Assembly: GCA_030295235.1 (NCBI GenBank)
Contig: AP026142.1
Coordinates: 372,001 to 436,000 of the forward strand
Origin: Fistulifera solaris
Taxonomy: Eukaryota
DNA length: 64,000 nucleotides
Reading direction: 5' to 3'
A program made the position numbers and the translations under genes. Numbering within the stretch: position 1 is the first letter of the stretch; each line of letters starts with the position of its first letter. Below are positions 25,660 to 37,993 of this stretch, in pieces. The notes under the pieces were generated by a model. It saw nothing but the letters and a program-made list of their open reading frames with translations. It was not told the origin of the DNA and ran no database searches.

Positions 25660-27574
25660 ATGGGGCAAGAAGCATCGCTACCGCAAGGGGTTGAAAATGG
25701 CGACGAAAATTTAGAACAAATGGCGCGGGCGCCTCCTTCGGCGGTCGATCCGTCGCTGCCTCCACCACCACCGCCGCCGCCTCCCCGCAGTGGCAGAAAA
25801 CTAATCAACTCCATGTTTCGGTCGGGTCAATATCAGCAGCAGCAGCACCACCAGCAGGGGGATTTGGATCTCAACAATGAAAGTGGATTGCATCCAGGTG
25901 AAACGGATCAGGAACAAGATGAAACTCGACCACCGACAACGAATGAACCGCAGCCGATTTCTACTTCTTTACCCAATAATGAAAAACCCTCGCCACGAAA
26001 GACTATTTTTCCGGGAGGAAAAAATTTAATCAACTCAATGAGGAACTTATCGCTACGATCCAAACCCAAGGTCGCGGCCGAAGCAGCAGATTGGGAGAAA
26101 CAATGGGACGAGGATGATGAAGATTCCTCCGACGACGAAGAGGAGGAAGTCGGTCCACTGCACTTCCAAGATCAGCCAGTGGAAGAGGATACCAAGCTGC
26201 CGGCACAGTCTTTACCAGAGAATCAGGACGTTAGTGTAGTATCCACTGACGATGCTTTAGAATGGGACACGGCGGTACGGCAAGATCTGGAAGAGAAACC
26301 AGACATACAAATGTTCTTGCCAATGCTTCGTGTTCTCGGCAAGGGTAGTTTCGGGAAGGTAATAATTTGTTTATTCATCGTCTTTGAAGACACCTCGATG
26401 ACGGTCGGCTAACAGTTTTGTCAAACACCAGGTTGTACTTGTACAAAAGAGAACGGGAAAAGATCGCGGTGGCTTGTATGCCATGAAGATCCTACGAAAA
26501 TCGCACTTGGTAAAACGGCGTCAGATTGAACGAACAAAAACAGAGAGAAAAGTGCTATCTCTCGTCAATCATCCTTTCATAATGAAACTCCATTTTGCTT
26601 TCCAATCAGAAGACAAACTTTATTTGGTACTCGATTACTGTCCGGGTGGTGAACTCTTTTTTCACTTGTCGCGCTTTCGACGGTTCCCCGAGAGGGTAGC
26701 GCGATTTTTTTCTGCAGAGTTGTTACTGGCTATCGGGCACATACACAAACGCGGCATTATTTTTCGTGACATGAAACCTGAAAATGTTTTACTAGATGCG
26801 GATGGAAACGTAAAGCTCGGAGATTTTGGACTCGCAAAGTGTGGAATAGTGCACCCTTTGGAAGGGGCTCTTTCTATGTGCGGTACACCGGAGTATATGG
26901 CGCCTGAGGTTTTAGCACAAGCCGGACATGGTTTTTGCGTTGATTACTGGGGACTAGGAATGATACTTTACGAAATGATGACAGGTCTACCACCGTGGTA
27001 TACCACAGATCGAGCGAAACTGTTTCGCAAACTGAAAAGCGCACCACTGGATATTCCTTCTTCTTTTAGTGCCCAGGCGGCAAGTTGTGTGAGTGGATTG
27101 CTCGAACGAGATCCACGGCGGCGCCTGGGAGTATTAGGAATTCGCTCGGCCATGGAACACCCGTTTTTCCGTAATGTTAATTGGAGAGCGTTATACGCCA
27201 GACGAGTCGAGCCGCCGATACGACCCTGTGAAGGCTGGAAGTCACCAGAATCCATTCGGTACAACGAAGAGATGGGCGACCAGGCATCTGTCGATGATTT
27301 TGCTGCTATCGAAGAAATCAATGCTTGTGATTTGGATGCTGCGGTTAAAAACTTCGAGAATCAATTTACGCGAATGCCTGTAGAGTCAGAAGATCATGGA
27401 AGTCAACATCAAGCGGAAGAAGTAGCCGCTTTATCTGAACTAAATGCAGATACATTTCGAGGATTCTCTTACGATGGGAAAGAACATCCGCTTGAAATTT
27501 TGAATCAAGACAGTTCGACTTCACTCGGGTCGACTGGTCCGGCTCATCAAGTTCAGCCTCATACTCTCGATTGA
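25660..27574 (+). CDS. AGC-family Ser/Thr kinase (S6K/SGK/Akt-like; intron 26359-26431)
   Basis: LGKGSFGK|VVLV, FRDMKPEN, DFG, MCGTPEYMAPE and hydrophobic motif FRGFSY. Confidence 0.95.
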
Positions 27575-27880
27575 AGCTACGCCGAGAGCTGACAAACCAT
27601 GCTTATCATTGGACTGCACTTAGTGAAGATTATTCCTACCTTAAACGCCCTTTTCCGGTTGCATCACCTTGAATCAAGTAGACTATTACAAGATTGTTAA
27701 TGAACTTAAAGTGTATAAACGAACGGTGGATTGCACCAATGATCGTGGTTTGCTGGGTATTGCGTTGATAGGACGATAGCCTAGCTTCACACCATTGAAG
27801 TGCTGTACAGCTTAGGTCAAAGCGATAACAATCAACAAATCCAATAGCGTGCTATTACTATGTACACTGCGAAGCGTATG

Positions 27881-28552
27881 CTACACATCCTCTAGTTGAC
27901 TAGTCTGCTCGCCCAAAAGGATGCGATTCAGTGCTGCCCTCGTCATGATTCCGCTTCGACAGTTGGGGCACTCGATGTTACTCTTTCTTGTGACAGAGGA
28001 CATCCACTCGCAAATACAGTTGCTATGAAACAAATGATGGCAATTCGGGGTCTTGAACACGCTTTCGCCGGGTATCAGTTCGTGGATGCAAATTGAGCAA
28101 AGCACAGTCGAGCTATCTGTTTGGGGGCATTCTTCTTCATCCTCGCGTCGCGTCTCTTCTAGTTTTCGGTTCACACGCTGGCTGATGTCGCGATGATCTT
28201 TGAGCTTGCACTCTTTTATTGTTTCGACCGAGAGGTGAAACAAAGAAAGTGTATTCATTAGTCTTTCCTTGCGAACTCCACTAGGCACTGCTTCAACACT
28301 ATGCATTATGATTCTCTGCTCATCGTCATTCGAAGAGTCTCTCGTAGGTATGGTTCGCCGGTGATACCAGGGACATAAGCTTCGTATTAAATCAACACGC
28401 GCACGTTCGTGTTCATTCAAAATACAACAATCAATCAAGATGTTGGTCCCAAAGCGCAGGATCACCATACCAATCATCAGAGTCATGATGGCTGCTAAAA
28501 TAAGTAAAGCCTCTTTCGTCTTTTCGTGATCAGCTGTATCACTGGTGTTCAT
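27881..28552 (-). CDS. TM + RING-H2 E3 ligase (ATL-like), paralog 1
   Basis: N-terminal TM; CSICIHEL...CHHLFHSNCICEW...CPNCR. Confidence 0.88.
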   Translation of the reverse strand: MNTSDTADHEKTKEALLILAAIMTLMIGMVILRFGTNILIDCCILNEHERARVDLIRSLCPWYHRRTIPTRDSSNDDEQRIIMHSVEAVPSGVRKERLMNTLSLFHLSVETIKECKLKDHRDISQRVNRKLEETRREDEEECPQTDSSTVLCSICIHELIPGESVFKTPNCHHLFHSNCICEWMSSVTRKSNIECPNCRSGIMTRAALNRILLGEQTSQLEDV

Positions 28553-29523
28553 TTTCAAGGGGAAAAGCCCGCCAGGTCCCAAGCAGCAATGAATCTTAAT
28601 CGAGCAGAAGCTTACACCGAACACGTTGCTACGTGAATAACGGATGAAATCATTAGGTAACGTCCGAAAACTTCTCTGCTTTCCCGTCTGCTTATCACGT
28701 TCTTGTAATGGCGAGGAACAGATAGGAATTAACTCCGATGAACATCCATAAATAGCAGCAATAGAATTGCCGGCCGTCTCATGACATTCTCGCATTTTCC
28801 GCGTGACGCATCGCTTCGTTGTTTAGTTCTTCTTCACCATACCTGGTACACAAATCGATATACTCGAGCGAGTACCGGGTTTCTTCGTCCTTCGACGAAG
28901 TGCTTGCAATCTAGCTTCCCTAGCTTCTAGCTTTTCGTCTACATTGATGTATCGTTGGAATCTACGTTTTCCAATACTTTTCGGCTGTTTGCAATCATAA
29001 GTCTACACCCTAGCTAGGTTGGGGGGAGAGTGTGACGAAGGGGCGTCGTTGACGCCTAGAAAAAAAGAAACAGAGAAGTTATAGATTGATGGCACGCTTT
29101 CTGATTGAAAGGAAAACTGCTTGCAGTTCGCGAAATGTTATCATTGTTTGCTTTGACATCTTGAGAGAGGCACGATGTACACAGTTTATGACTTCTTGAT
29201 TCTATACGTAATCATCGGCAGCCGTCTTATGTGACGTCGCTTGACTTAGCTTTCGGTCCACTTTTTGTTCAGCAGTCTCTAATTTATTCCGATCTCTATC
29301 CACACCAGTGTCTCAAAGCAGCTTTCGCGTCCGTGCTTTCAACCCTACCAGTATAGCTCTCTAACATTCAATAATATTTCTCGCTTTCTTTGCTTAATAC
29401 ATAGCTTCCTGTGAATAAGGATTAAATGGATAAAACCGACACACTGATCTCTGTAGTTGTTTATTCTGAAGCAGCAGCAACAGCAACCCCAAGCCATGGC
29501 GACGCAGCGCTGCGTCCGATTGA

Positions 29524-30177
29524 TTACACGTCTTCCGGCTCAAATTGTCCACCGAGATAAACACGGTTCAGCGCTCTCCTTGTGATGATGGTGCTGCGAC
29601 AGTTCGGACATTCGATGTTCTCACCCCCGCTTTGAATCACCATCCATTCACCTATGCAATTCCGATGAAACAAATGATGACAGTGTGGGGTTTTAAAGAC
29701 ACTGTCGCTAGGCTTAAGCTCCTGAACACAAATAGAACAATCCGTGTTTTTCATGGTGGGCCGCATGTTGTCGTCTTCTTTTCTTATAGTTCTCTCTTGG
29801 TCGTTTGATCCTTCTCCATGTTCTCTTTGAAGACCCATTTCAAGGCCTTGCTTTTCCTTTTCTTCGGTTGAAATGTGAACGAGAGGCAACGCACGGATCA
29901 GTCTATCCTTGCGGATACGACTGGGGACAGTTTCGACATCTTGTACTGTGATGGGTCTTTCCCGAGTCGAAACTTCGTGTCGTGGCTGGTTTCGCCGATG
30001 GCACCATTGGCATAGTTTACACGTTCGCGCTTGCGGTTCGTCGTCCGAAATACAGTGCTCCACTAAACAACTTGTACCGTACCGATAGAATACAAAGCCG
30101 ATCAGAACGCCTATCGCACCTGCGGCAATCATGACAATCTCCTCAACTTTTCGGTCTTCTGCTTCATTCGCTGACAT
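29524..30177 (-). CDS. TM + RING-H2 E3 ligase (ATL-like), paralog 2
   Basis: CSICVQEL...CHHLFHRNCIGEW...CPNCR; tandem paralog of 27881-28552. Confidence 0.88.
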   Translation of the reverse strand: MSANEAEDRKVEEIVMIAAGAIGVLIGFVFYRYGTSCLVEHCISDDEPQARTCKLCQWCHRRNQPRHEVSTRERPITVQDVETVPSRIRKDRLIRALPLVHISTEEKEKQGLEMGLQREHGEGSNDQERTIRKEDDNMRPTMKNTDCSICVQELKPSDSVFKTPHCHHLFHRNCIGEWMVIQSGGENIECPNCRSTIITRRALNRVYLGGQFEPEDV

Positions 30178-31106
30178 CCTGGCAAATGGAATTGTGTTTA
30201 TTTGGCGTGAAATACGAAAGCCTGGAGAAAATCTCACAAATAAGAGCTGTCGGACTGATCAAAGAGCTGGTAATACGAAGTTCTCTTACTGACGGTTAAC
30301 GTGATTATTCCGCGATTATTCGCGTCGTGCGAAACCGAGCCAAGGTATGCTGCTGCAAATGAATTACAAGGGTATTTCTATTTCTAAAAAAACGATCGCT
30401 GCGGTCGGCTGTGTGTTTCATTTTTGGAAGGAATTATCATCATCGAAAATCCTTTTCCAACTTTCAACCACGACTCAAACCACACGGACGAAGACGTACC
30501 ACCCCACAAGGAGCTGCCTGCGACAGGGTGCGACAGGGTGATTCCAATCCGAAAAGTTCCACTTTTCGCTTTGACATTGGGGGGGAGTCTGAGGGGGGGG
30601 CCATTTCTCGCCAAAAATTAGGACTTAAGGACTTACCCTCTGGCGCAATGTATGCTAATGACCTCGCTACAGGCATCCCAGCTTCTGGTTATGCCACAGT
30701 CAAAATTTCAAAATAAAAAAATAGCACAGTATACTACCGACGAGAAAATGAATTGATAAAAATGTCTACACAAAGGAGGTATAGAGTTTTTAACAGTACA
30801 AATTATGTTTCCGTTAATTCCCATGTGTTTTATTATCTTCTCCTGGAGCACGTATTTGATATACAGAGTCGCTCGATGTGGTCGCCAATTTTTTATTCTT
30901 GTATTCTTTGTAGGGCCAAATTGTAGGACCGTTGCACTTAATCTCGCCGCCTATTACGTTGCGACGCACGACACACGTCAACAAAGGACGAAATCCCGAC
31001 ACGAGTTGTCACCGCCATTCGCGGCACACTGTAAGGCTAAAACAATAAGTATTCAAATTGACGTCGTAATATTGAATGCCTATCATGGTATCTCAGAGAA
31101 GACTAA

Positions 31107-31625
31107 ATGATATCAAAGAGGAGTGCAAAGTACGAACCTCATTACGGTTGCACACAGAGCGACGGATATTTGCAAAGCGCAATGATAAAAGCGTGTTGCG
31201 TGTGCGACGTTCTTCTCCACGAAGCCAACTCCGACGTAATTTCTAAGGATTCTTTTTTATCAAGGGAATGGCAAAAGAAGACCAATATTCCTGGTGCTTC
31301 GAAGACATTTTTTCACGAAGAGTATTCGGTTCCTCCATAGCGAGTGTTTAAGCTCTCTTCAAAGGACAGAAAGGCTATTGCAAAGCTTACTATATCGCCA
31401 AGAAGCGTAGTCACAAAACCCAAAGGAGTTGTCACCCTCTCTATCTGCAAGCGATGCAAGAATGCCAAGGACCAACCAAAGTGTTCCATTGTTGACCTTC
31501 CGATTGGCCATACTCCCTCAGTAATGGAGTATCTAAATGACGTCGAGCTTGCTTTACTCAGTATAGGACGTGTCTCAGGAAACATCTTTCAAATCTTTGC
31601 TGGATCTCATCAATCAATTAAACTA
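31107..31625 (+). mobile_element. Degenerate Helitron-like coding remnant (DUF6570-like region found upstream of Helitron Rep/Hel)
   Basis: ACCVCD...(in-frame TAG 31338)...ICKRC...PKCSIVDLPIGHTPSVMEYLNDVELALLSIGR...AGSHQSIK matches the CxxC..P..AI...G..P..L..L...E..LI...R pattern. Truncated after this point. Confidence 0.6.
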
Positions 31626-32125
31626 TTCAATCATTTTTGTGACGTGCGCTGTATTTCTCTGGAAAAACATGTTCCGCTAACAATACTTGATCGAGATTTT
31701 TAAACAGGTCTAAATCAACGACAAAATCATTGGCTGCCATGACCACGCAATATCTATCGATGAATACACAGTTGACTTTGATATTCGATTGCGTGCAAGT
31801 GCAAGTGGTTGTGCTGCCTGCTGCCTGCCTAATGTAGCTGATGTGCCGCAACACACCAGGTTCCGTTATTTTTCCTCACATTCACATCGTTACCATACTA
31901 TTTCTCTAGTTATTGTCAGGCGCTACCGGTATGACAGTTTGCTGGATTTCTTACGTTACACTCATCACTCCTCTAGTAAGTAGCCTACAAAGTACTGGTA
32001 AGACTATCTCCGTCTGCTGCTACCAGGTACTGTACCTGGTAGTGCGTTGTACTTGTACTTCTTGCTCCGTACCGTGCAGCGTAACTTTTCCGCCTCCCAG
32101 GCGTGAGCCACAATTCAAAGATCTA

Positions 32126-33699
32126 TTATTTGGCCGGAAGAAACTTCCCTGGATTCAAGATCATCCTAGGGTCCAGTAAAGCTTTCAGGGATCGCATCAA
32201 ATCAAGCGTATGTTCATCATGAACGCTGGGAAGAAGATGATTTTTCGCTTGTCCCAGGCCGTGCTCGGCCGATATGGATCCGCCACGCTTCAGGATGGAG
32301 TGAAACAAATACGGTTCCAAAGCATCCAATACATCTTTCTGTACTTCACGTTTGCCGATAGTCGTCACATTAAAATGTAAATTACCATCGAGAATATGAC
32401 CCCAATTGGCATTGACCAGTGATGATGATTCGTTCCGAGCGAGCGGGCCCAACCGTTCGAGTCGCATTTCCTGAATCCAGTCTTGAAATTGCGCAATCGG
32501 CAACGATACATCGTACTTGTATGTGTAACCCAGTTGCGCAACGGTAGGATTCGCACTCTCTCGGATCTGCCAAAAGGATTGGTACTGCTTTATATCTTGC
32601 GCCAAGACTCCATTGAGAATGTCGTCTTGAACCGCTTCCAAAAACGTTTGCCACTTTTCTTGGTCATGGTTTGCATTCGATCCGTGTGTATCAATCAAGA
32701 GAAAGAAGGGCCCTCCTTCCTGTACCGCCGATTCACTCAGTATTGTTTCCACCGATAGCGGCATTTGGTGTCGTCCCGATGCTTCTACCAATTTCCAAAT
32801 GGCAGCATCCATGAATTCCATCGCTGCCAGTATTTCTCCCAAATACTGTTTTGCTTTTTGTAAGACCAGCAATACTTGATCATAGGAAGAACACGCTACA
32901 AACGCGGCTTGTTTGGATCGAGGCAACGGTGCACACGCCAAAGTCACGCCCGTAATAATTCCCAACGTTCCTTCCGATCCTAAGAACAGTTGATGCCATT
33001 TATAGCCCGTATTGTCTTTCATATTGTTGCTTAGTCGATAATTATAATCCAGAATGCGTCCATCGGCCAAGACTACTTCGAGTCCCAACACATTTCCGGC
33101 CAAACACCCGTATTTGCGAAAGTACGGTCCTTCCGCATTCGTCGCGAGATTGCCACCAATTTGACACGTTCCTTTGGCACCCAAATCCAAAGGCACCAGC
33201 CAACTATGGTTGGCGCAGTAGTCTGCAAGTTTTCTAAGACCACACCCGCTTGACAAGTCACAATTCCCAAAACTGGATCCAACGCTGTAATTTGATTCAG
33301 GTATTGCAATTGAAGAATGATTTCCTCGTGGGCCACCGTGGGGACACTCCCTCCAACCAAGCCCGTCTTTCCACCTTGTGGTACGACCGGTAAACGACGT
33401 TGATGGCAATGCGCTAATAGGGCGGAGATTTGTGCCGTGGTTTGCGGACGCAACAAGAGACGCGCCGGAGCCTGCCAGTAGTGTCCCGTCCAATCGGTGC
33501 TGGCGGCGTGCACGATCGGGTCCGATGCCTGCAACAACAAGGAAGGGTTGTGCCCTAAAATCTCGGAAAAGATTTGTACATCAGATTCGGTCAGTGAATT
33601 GTAGGGTTGGTGGAGTCGTCGTCGGGTGAATAAGAATGGTAAAGGACGAGAACATGCTAGCATCTTCCGGCGGCTCGAGGAAAAGAAAATGGAAGCCAT
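32126..33699 (-). CDS. D2HGDH: D-2-hydroxyglutarate dehydrogenase (FAD-linked oxidase), frameshift ~33225
   Basis: VVPQGGKTGLVGGSVP, PLDLGAKGTCQIGGNLATNA, KDNTGY, GHILDGNLH, GSISAEHGLG, DPRMILNPGK. Confidence 0.93.
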
Positions 33700-34506
33700 A
33701 ATGTATCTGCGCGCTAACAATTCTCGGTTCGGCACTGTTGATGATTCTCATTCAGCGTTGGTGTACGTTCATTCATTGCAAAGGATTGGATATTGTTGTT
33801 TTTGCTATTGTTGTCTCAATAAAAGTTGAAAATGATTTTGATGCTGCTGAACTGTAAAAGGCTTCTATTATTACTACTACGTAAATAACAAAATGCGATG
33901 CGCCCCCAAAACTTACTATCGCATAGAAAGAACAAGGCGGCGCATCACGTGACTGCATGGAAGGCAATCCGGGACTTTCTAATCATTCATTTTTGTGAAG
34001 AAAACCCTCTCTCGTAGTTTGGAGACTCATTTGCTATTGTTATTTTTAACAGTGTTGCCATGTTGACAATGTTAATGGAATGATTCGATGCTATGGTGCT
34101 CGTTGAGTTTCTTTGCGATAATGGATCAAAACTTACTATAGCGCAAAAAGAAGACGACCTTTTGTTGTGATTGATAATAAATCCAGTCCCGGACTTACGT
34201 TTCCTTCCGTTGTGTTGATGATCTGTCATAGCCCCTTATTATTGCATTTGACACCGATGAGATAGTTTCGAAACACCGTAACAACATAGGAGGCCAGCGG
34301 ACCAAAATGCATGTTATTCGACCCACGATTTTTTTCGTTATCGACCTTATTTGCAACCAAATCCGTCTGTCAATCAGCCGTGCGAAGTGAGAAGTTTGCG
34401 AGAAAAATGCGACGGCGATGATGTGTTCGCATAATAATAAATCAAGGGGAGCATAGCAAAAGGCATAAACCGTCTCTCCCTGATCTGCAGGAATAACATC
34501 CATAAA

Positions 34507-35197
34507 ATGTTCCGTTTGCATTCGAAACTGACCCGAAAAAAGCAGACGCTGGTTCGCTACTAGCGCCGCTACGGAAGAACAGTTATTGCGGGAAGAAGCG
34601 AAAGCGTTGACGTTGAAATTGTATCGAGCTTGTGTCCGATCGGTGCGGCACATTCGACACGGCAATGCGTTAGATGAAGCCGAATTTCAAAGACGCGAAG
34701 AAGAGCGTCTCGACTTGCTCTATGATGATTCCAGTACTATCAAACGCAATCCCATGCTTTCCATGTTACCTCCCGTCGATCGACAAGACGAATTGCGATC
34801 ACGGGCCGAATATTACTTGCAGTACGCCCGGGATTATTTCCAACAAGAGGCGGGGTGTCTGGACGGTGAGCAGTGGTTTCAGCAGCGTGTAGCGCGGTAT
34901 GTTTATAGTTTGCATCGTGGAGAACATCAGCGGAAATGGTTGTTGCAAGACATGGGGTTCGATGATCCTTTCTCGGGTTTGGATGAGATCCGTCTGGAAT
35001 TGTTTCAAAAGAATGCACAAGCCTTGGCGGCTCAACAAGATGTGGCGACAGATGAAAGCAATGCGAGTACTACTAAGGTCGAAAATCGGGACCGAGAGGA
35101 TGACAACGCGTACGCGTGGAGTGACGATGAAGAGGAAGGAGACGAACGACATCTTCCTGGTTTGAATACAAATGCGAAAAGTGGCGGAGGGGTATAA
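34507..35197 (+). CDS. Mitochondrial LYR-motif-like protein (frameshift at A-run ~34537)
   Basis: MFRLHSKLTRK..RRWFATS presequence after a 1-nt correction; KLYRACVRS. Confidence 0.55.
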
Positions 35198-35459
35198 CAG
35201 AAGCGCAAAAAGGAACCAGGTAGCTACTTTGGATCACATTTATCGCGACGCGTTCTCATTGCTCTGGATGATCTGTGGGGATCGGTTTTATGTGCATGGG
35301 ACATGTTTCATTTTAGTAAGAAGGGACTTTCTGAGAATTGCTGCTACAAGTTTTCATATTTATCAAAGCAAATTTAAGGAATCAAGTGTAGTGAGCACAA
35401 TTGCAAAATCACATAATCTTCAATTATTTCTTTTGTTTTATCTCGCATCCATAGCTTTA

Positions 35460-36146
35460 CTAATAGGTGCAGCCTGTATGTTCTACCGGCAACAATTGAC
35501 TCGTGTCTAGGCCTAATTCGGCAGCGCGATTGCGCACCGCGTCCATGACAGTCAGATCCGCGTCCGAGTTGCGAGCAAAAATCCACATTCCTGTCCGAGT
35601 GTAACACTTGCCATCGGCACCTTCACGATTGGGTCGGCCAGTCGTAATAATGGCCCATTCGTAAGGGGTTCCACTGGGACGCGGTTCGTTGGCGAGAATG
35701 TCGGCGTACGATCCAGCATCGACGACCCAATAGTTTGTGGACCGACTGAGCCCGAGTGGCAAGAATCGTGGTCCGACGGTGGCTCGTGCGGGGTGTCGTC
35801 GCGGAGAAGGTACCACCGCACGAAAGTTGACGCTGCGGACCTCTCCTGTGACACTGCCTTTCCGGGCACTGTTGAACACGGTGATCTTCGGACGACCCAA
35901 GCAGAAGGGACAAAAGTCCGCGAGTTCGTACTCGGCATAAACACAATAGAATTGATCAAGAGGTTGAAAGCGTACTTCTTTTTGTTCGATGGCATACCAA
36001 CGGGCCGAGATGAATTCGTCGAAGTCGAACTCGTTCAACGAGTCAAAGCCATCGGGAGGACAGTTTCTTCCGAGGAAAGTTGTGGATGCGTTCTGTGACG
36101 CTACACAGGTAAGGGTGAGTAGCAAGAGGATGTTGAAAAGTTTCAT
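35460..36146 (-). CDS. Secreted lipocalin-like protein, paralog A
   Basis: Signal peptide; FDFDEFISARWY, FYCVYAEY, NYWVVDAG, YEWAIIT, GMWIFAR, PVEHTGC. Confidence 0.8.
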   Translation of the reverse strand: MKLFNILLLLTLTCVASQNASTTFLGRNCPPDGFDSLNEFDFDEFISARWYAIEQKEVRFQPLDQFYCVYAEYELADFCPFCLGRPKITVFNSARKGSVTGEVRSVNFRAVVPSPRRHPARATVGPRFLPLGLSRSTNYWVVDAGSYADILANEPRPSGTPYEWAIITTGRPNREGADGKCYTRTGMWIFARNSDADLTVMDAVRNRAAELGLDTSQLLPVEHTGCTY

Positions 36147-36720
36147 TGTCAGTACATGAATTTGTTGTGAAACGAAAATCATTTCAAGAGACGGGCTGAA
36201 ATATATGTGAATGAAAAGTGGAAAATTCAGTCGAATGTCAAGATTAGATTCTGACGATTAAAAAATTAGGAATAAAATATATATGTGGTTTCAAGAGACG
36301 GGCTTCCAAATCCGAACTCCAGTTTTTGCGAGGCTGTGAGAAGGATCTCACAAGACGTTTTTGTGATGGATGTTGATGTGGATGTTGAAAATTTCATAGA
36401 GAGTTGTCAATTTCTGCACCTCTTTTGTTTTCGCGGTGACACAGGACGGGTGCGGAGTATGCCACATGAGACACAGGACACATGTAACGATGTTAGGCAA
36501 AAAGTACTCCATAATTTTTTAGAGAGGAAAGCGAGTTTTCTAGTTAAGTGAAAAGACATGATTAATGATTAAGTCAAAACTTAGTAGAAGAACTCATACA
36601 TTATGTCAATAGATTCTCCTCTGTAACGATACGACACGTATGTGTTGAACGTCACAGTCACAGGAGCCAAAAAATAAAAAGCCGACGAAATGATGCCTTC
36701 ATACAAACTTAAGAGCCGCG

Positions 36721-37671
36721 ATGAAAGTTAATAATCAAAGACCGATTAGCTCTGTCTACTTTCAATTCATTCTTATTATTATCGTTGGATCATCAGCTTT
36801 ATTTCTGCGTGCAGTCACCGTTCTACCGCACTTACAACCCGATAGACCCAGCGAACAGGCACTCCGCGATACCTTTTCGGTCACAAAACGAACAACGAGC
36901 CGAGAACTGGGAAAACCATACCTTGTGGTGGGGTACCCGAAAAGTGGGACGACGTCGGTCTATCAATTTTTTCAATGTTCTGGTTTGAAGACACAGCATT
37001 TTTGTTGTTGTGGTGATTCGAGTGACCACCCGCCTTGTGAGGGAACGACGATGGCGGTTTGTATTTTGAAGAATATGGCCAACAACCGCACTATGTTACA
37101 AGATTGCGGTGACTACGATGTATACTGTCAGTTAGATGGTGAACGTCCGGTGAAAGCATTCCAAGATACGCCGCGAGGATTCCGGGGTGTTTTATTGGAA
37201 GACGGCTCGTTGGAGCTGCATCGCACAGCGGACAAATTGGATCGTACCTGGCTCTATCGCCACTTTCTGCCACAACACTTTCATTTACAACGACTTCATC
37301 AAGAAAATCCCGAGGCTACATTCATTCTTCCGCTTCGCGAACCAGAGGCGTGGGCCAATTCTGTCTTTCATTGGTTTGAAATGCGAGGTCGAGTCGTGAA
37401 CGAGTACATCGCCTTCAACCATTCTATACAGAGACCAGGCAAAGAGAAGGCAATGGATTGGCTAAAACAAATTTATCAAGAGCACACAAATTATATTAGA
37501 AAGTTTGTAAAAAATCATCCTTCTCACGTTCTGGTGGAATTTAATATCGCAGATCCGGATGCTGGAAAACGTTTGGCGGAAGTCTTTCATCTCGACGAAT
37601 CGTGCTGGGGTCATCATAACAAAATTGGGGATAGAGCAAAGAGTATTAGTTTGAAAGAAAATAATGGATGA
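36721..37671 (+). CDS. Type II membrane sulfotransferase-like protein (P-loop fold)
   Basis: N-terminal TM; 5'-PSB-like VVGYPKSGTTS; ATFILPLREPEAWANS. Confidence 0.75.
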   Translation: MKVNNQRPISSVYFQFILIIIVGSSALFLRAVTVLPHLQPDRPSEQALRDTFSVTKRTTSRELGKPYLVVGYPKSGTTSVYQFFQCSGLKTQHFCCCGDSSDHPPCEGTTMAVCILKNMANNRTMLQDCGDYDVYCQLDGERPVKAFQDTPRGFRGVLLEDGSLELHRTADKLDRTWLYRHFLPQHFHLQRLHQENPEATFILPLREPEAWANSVFHWFEMRGRVVNEYIAFNHSIQRPGKEKAMDWLKQIYQEHTNYIRKFVKNHPSHVLVEFNIADPDAGKRLAEVFHLDESCWGHHNKIGDRAKSISLKENNG

Positions 37672-37993
37672 GTCAACATCGAAAGATCAAAATCAGTCAT
37701 GACGGGTTGACAGTTTTGATGGATGACATCGTCTCACGGCAACGCGCAGCAAACAAGGCTATGTCCCGGGAAGAATAGCTGCATTGTTGTGATGCATGTT
37801 TGCACCATTAAACAGCACTCTTTAAGCTTTTGCTAGGGTTTTGGCTGTCGAAAGAGTCACTGCTCAAGAAAGATCGGTTATGATTTGTGGAGCTTTATTT
37901 TTGTTTTGTGAAAAGTAATGTGATTGTTTTGCGAGAAGCAATTGAGTGGACATCTGTTGATTTCTTTATCATGGTACTCAAGTCTATCGCTTG

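Noticed and set aside
33907..34200. Imperfect repeat aaaacttactat...ccggactt
   Set aside because: Short and degenerate, with no interpretable structure.
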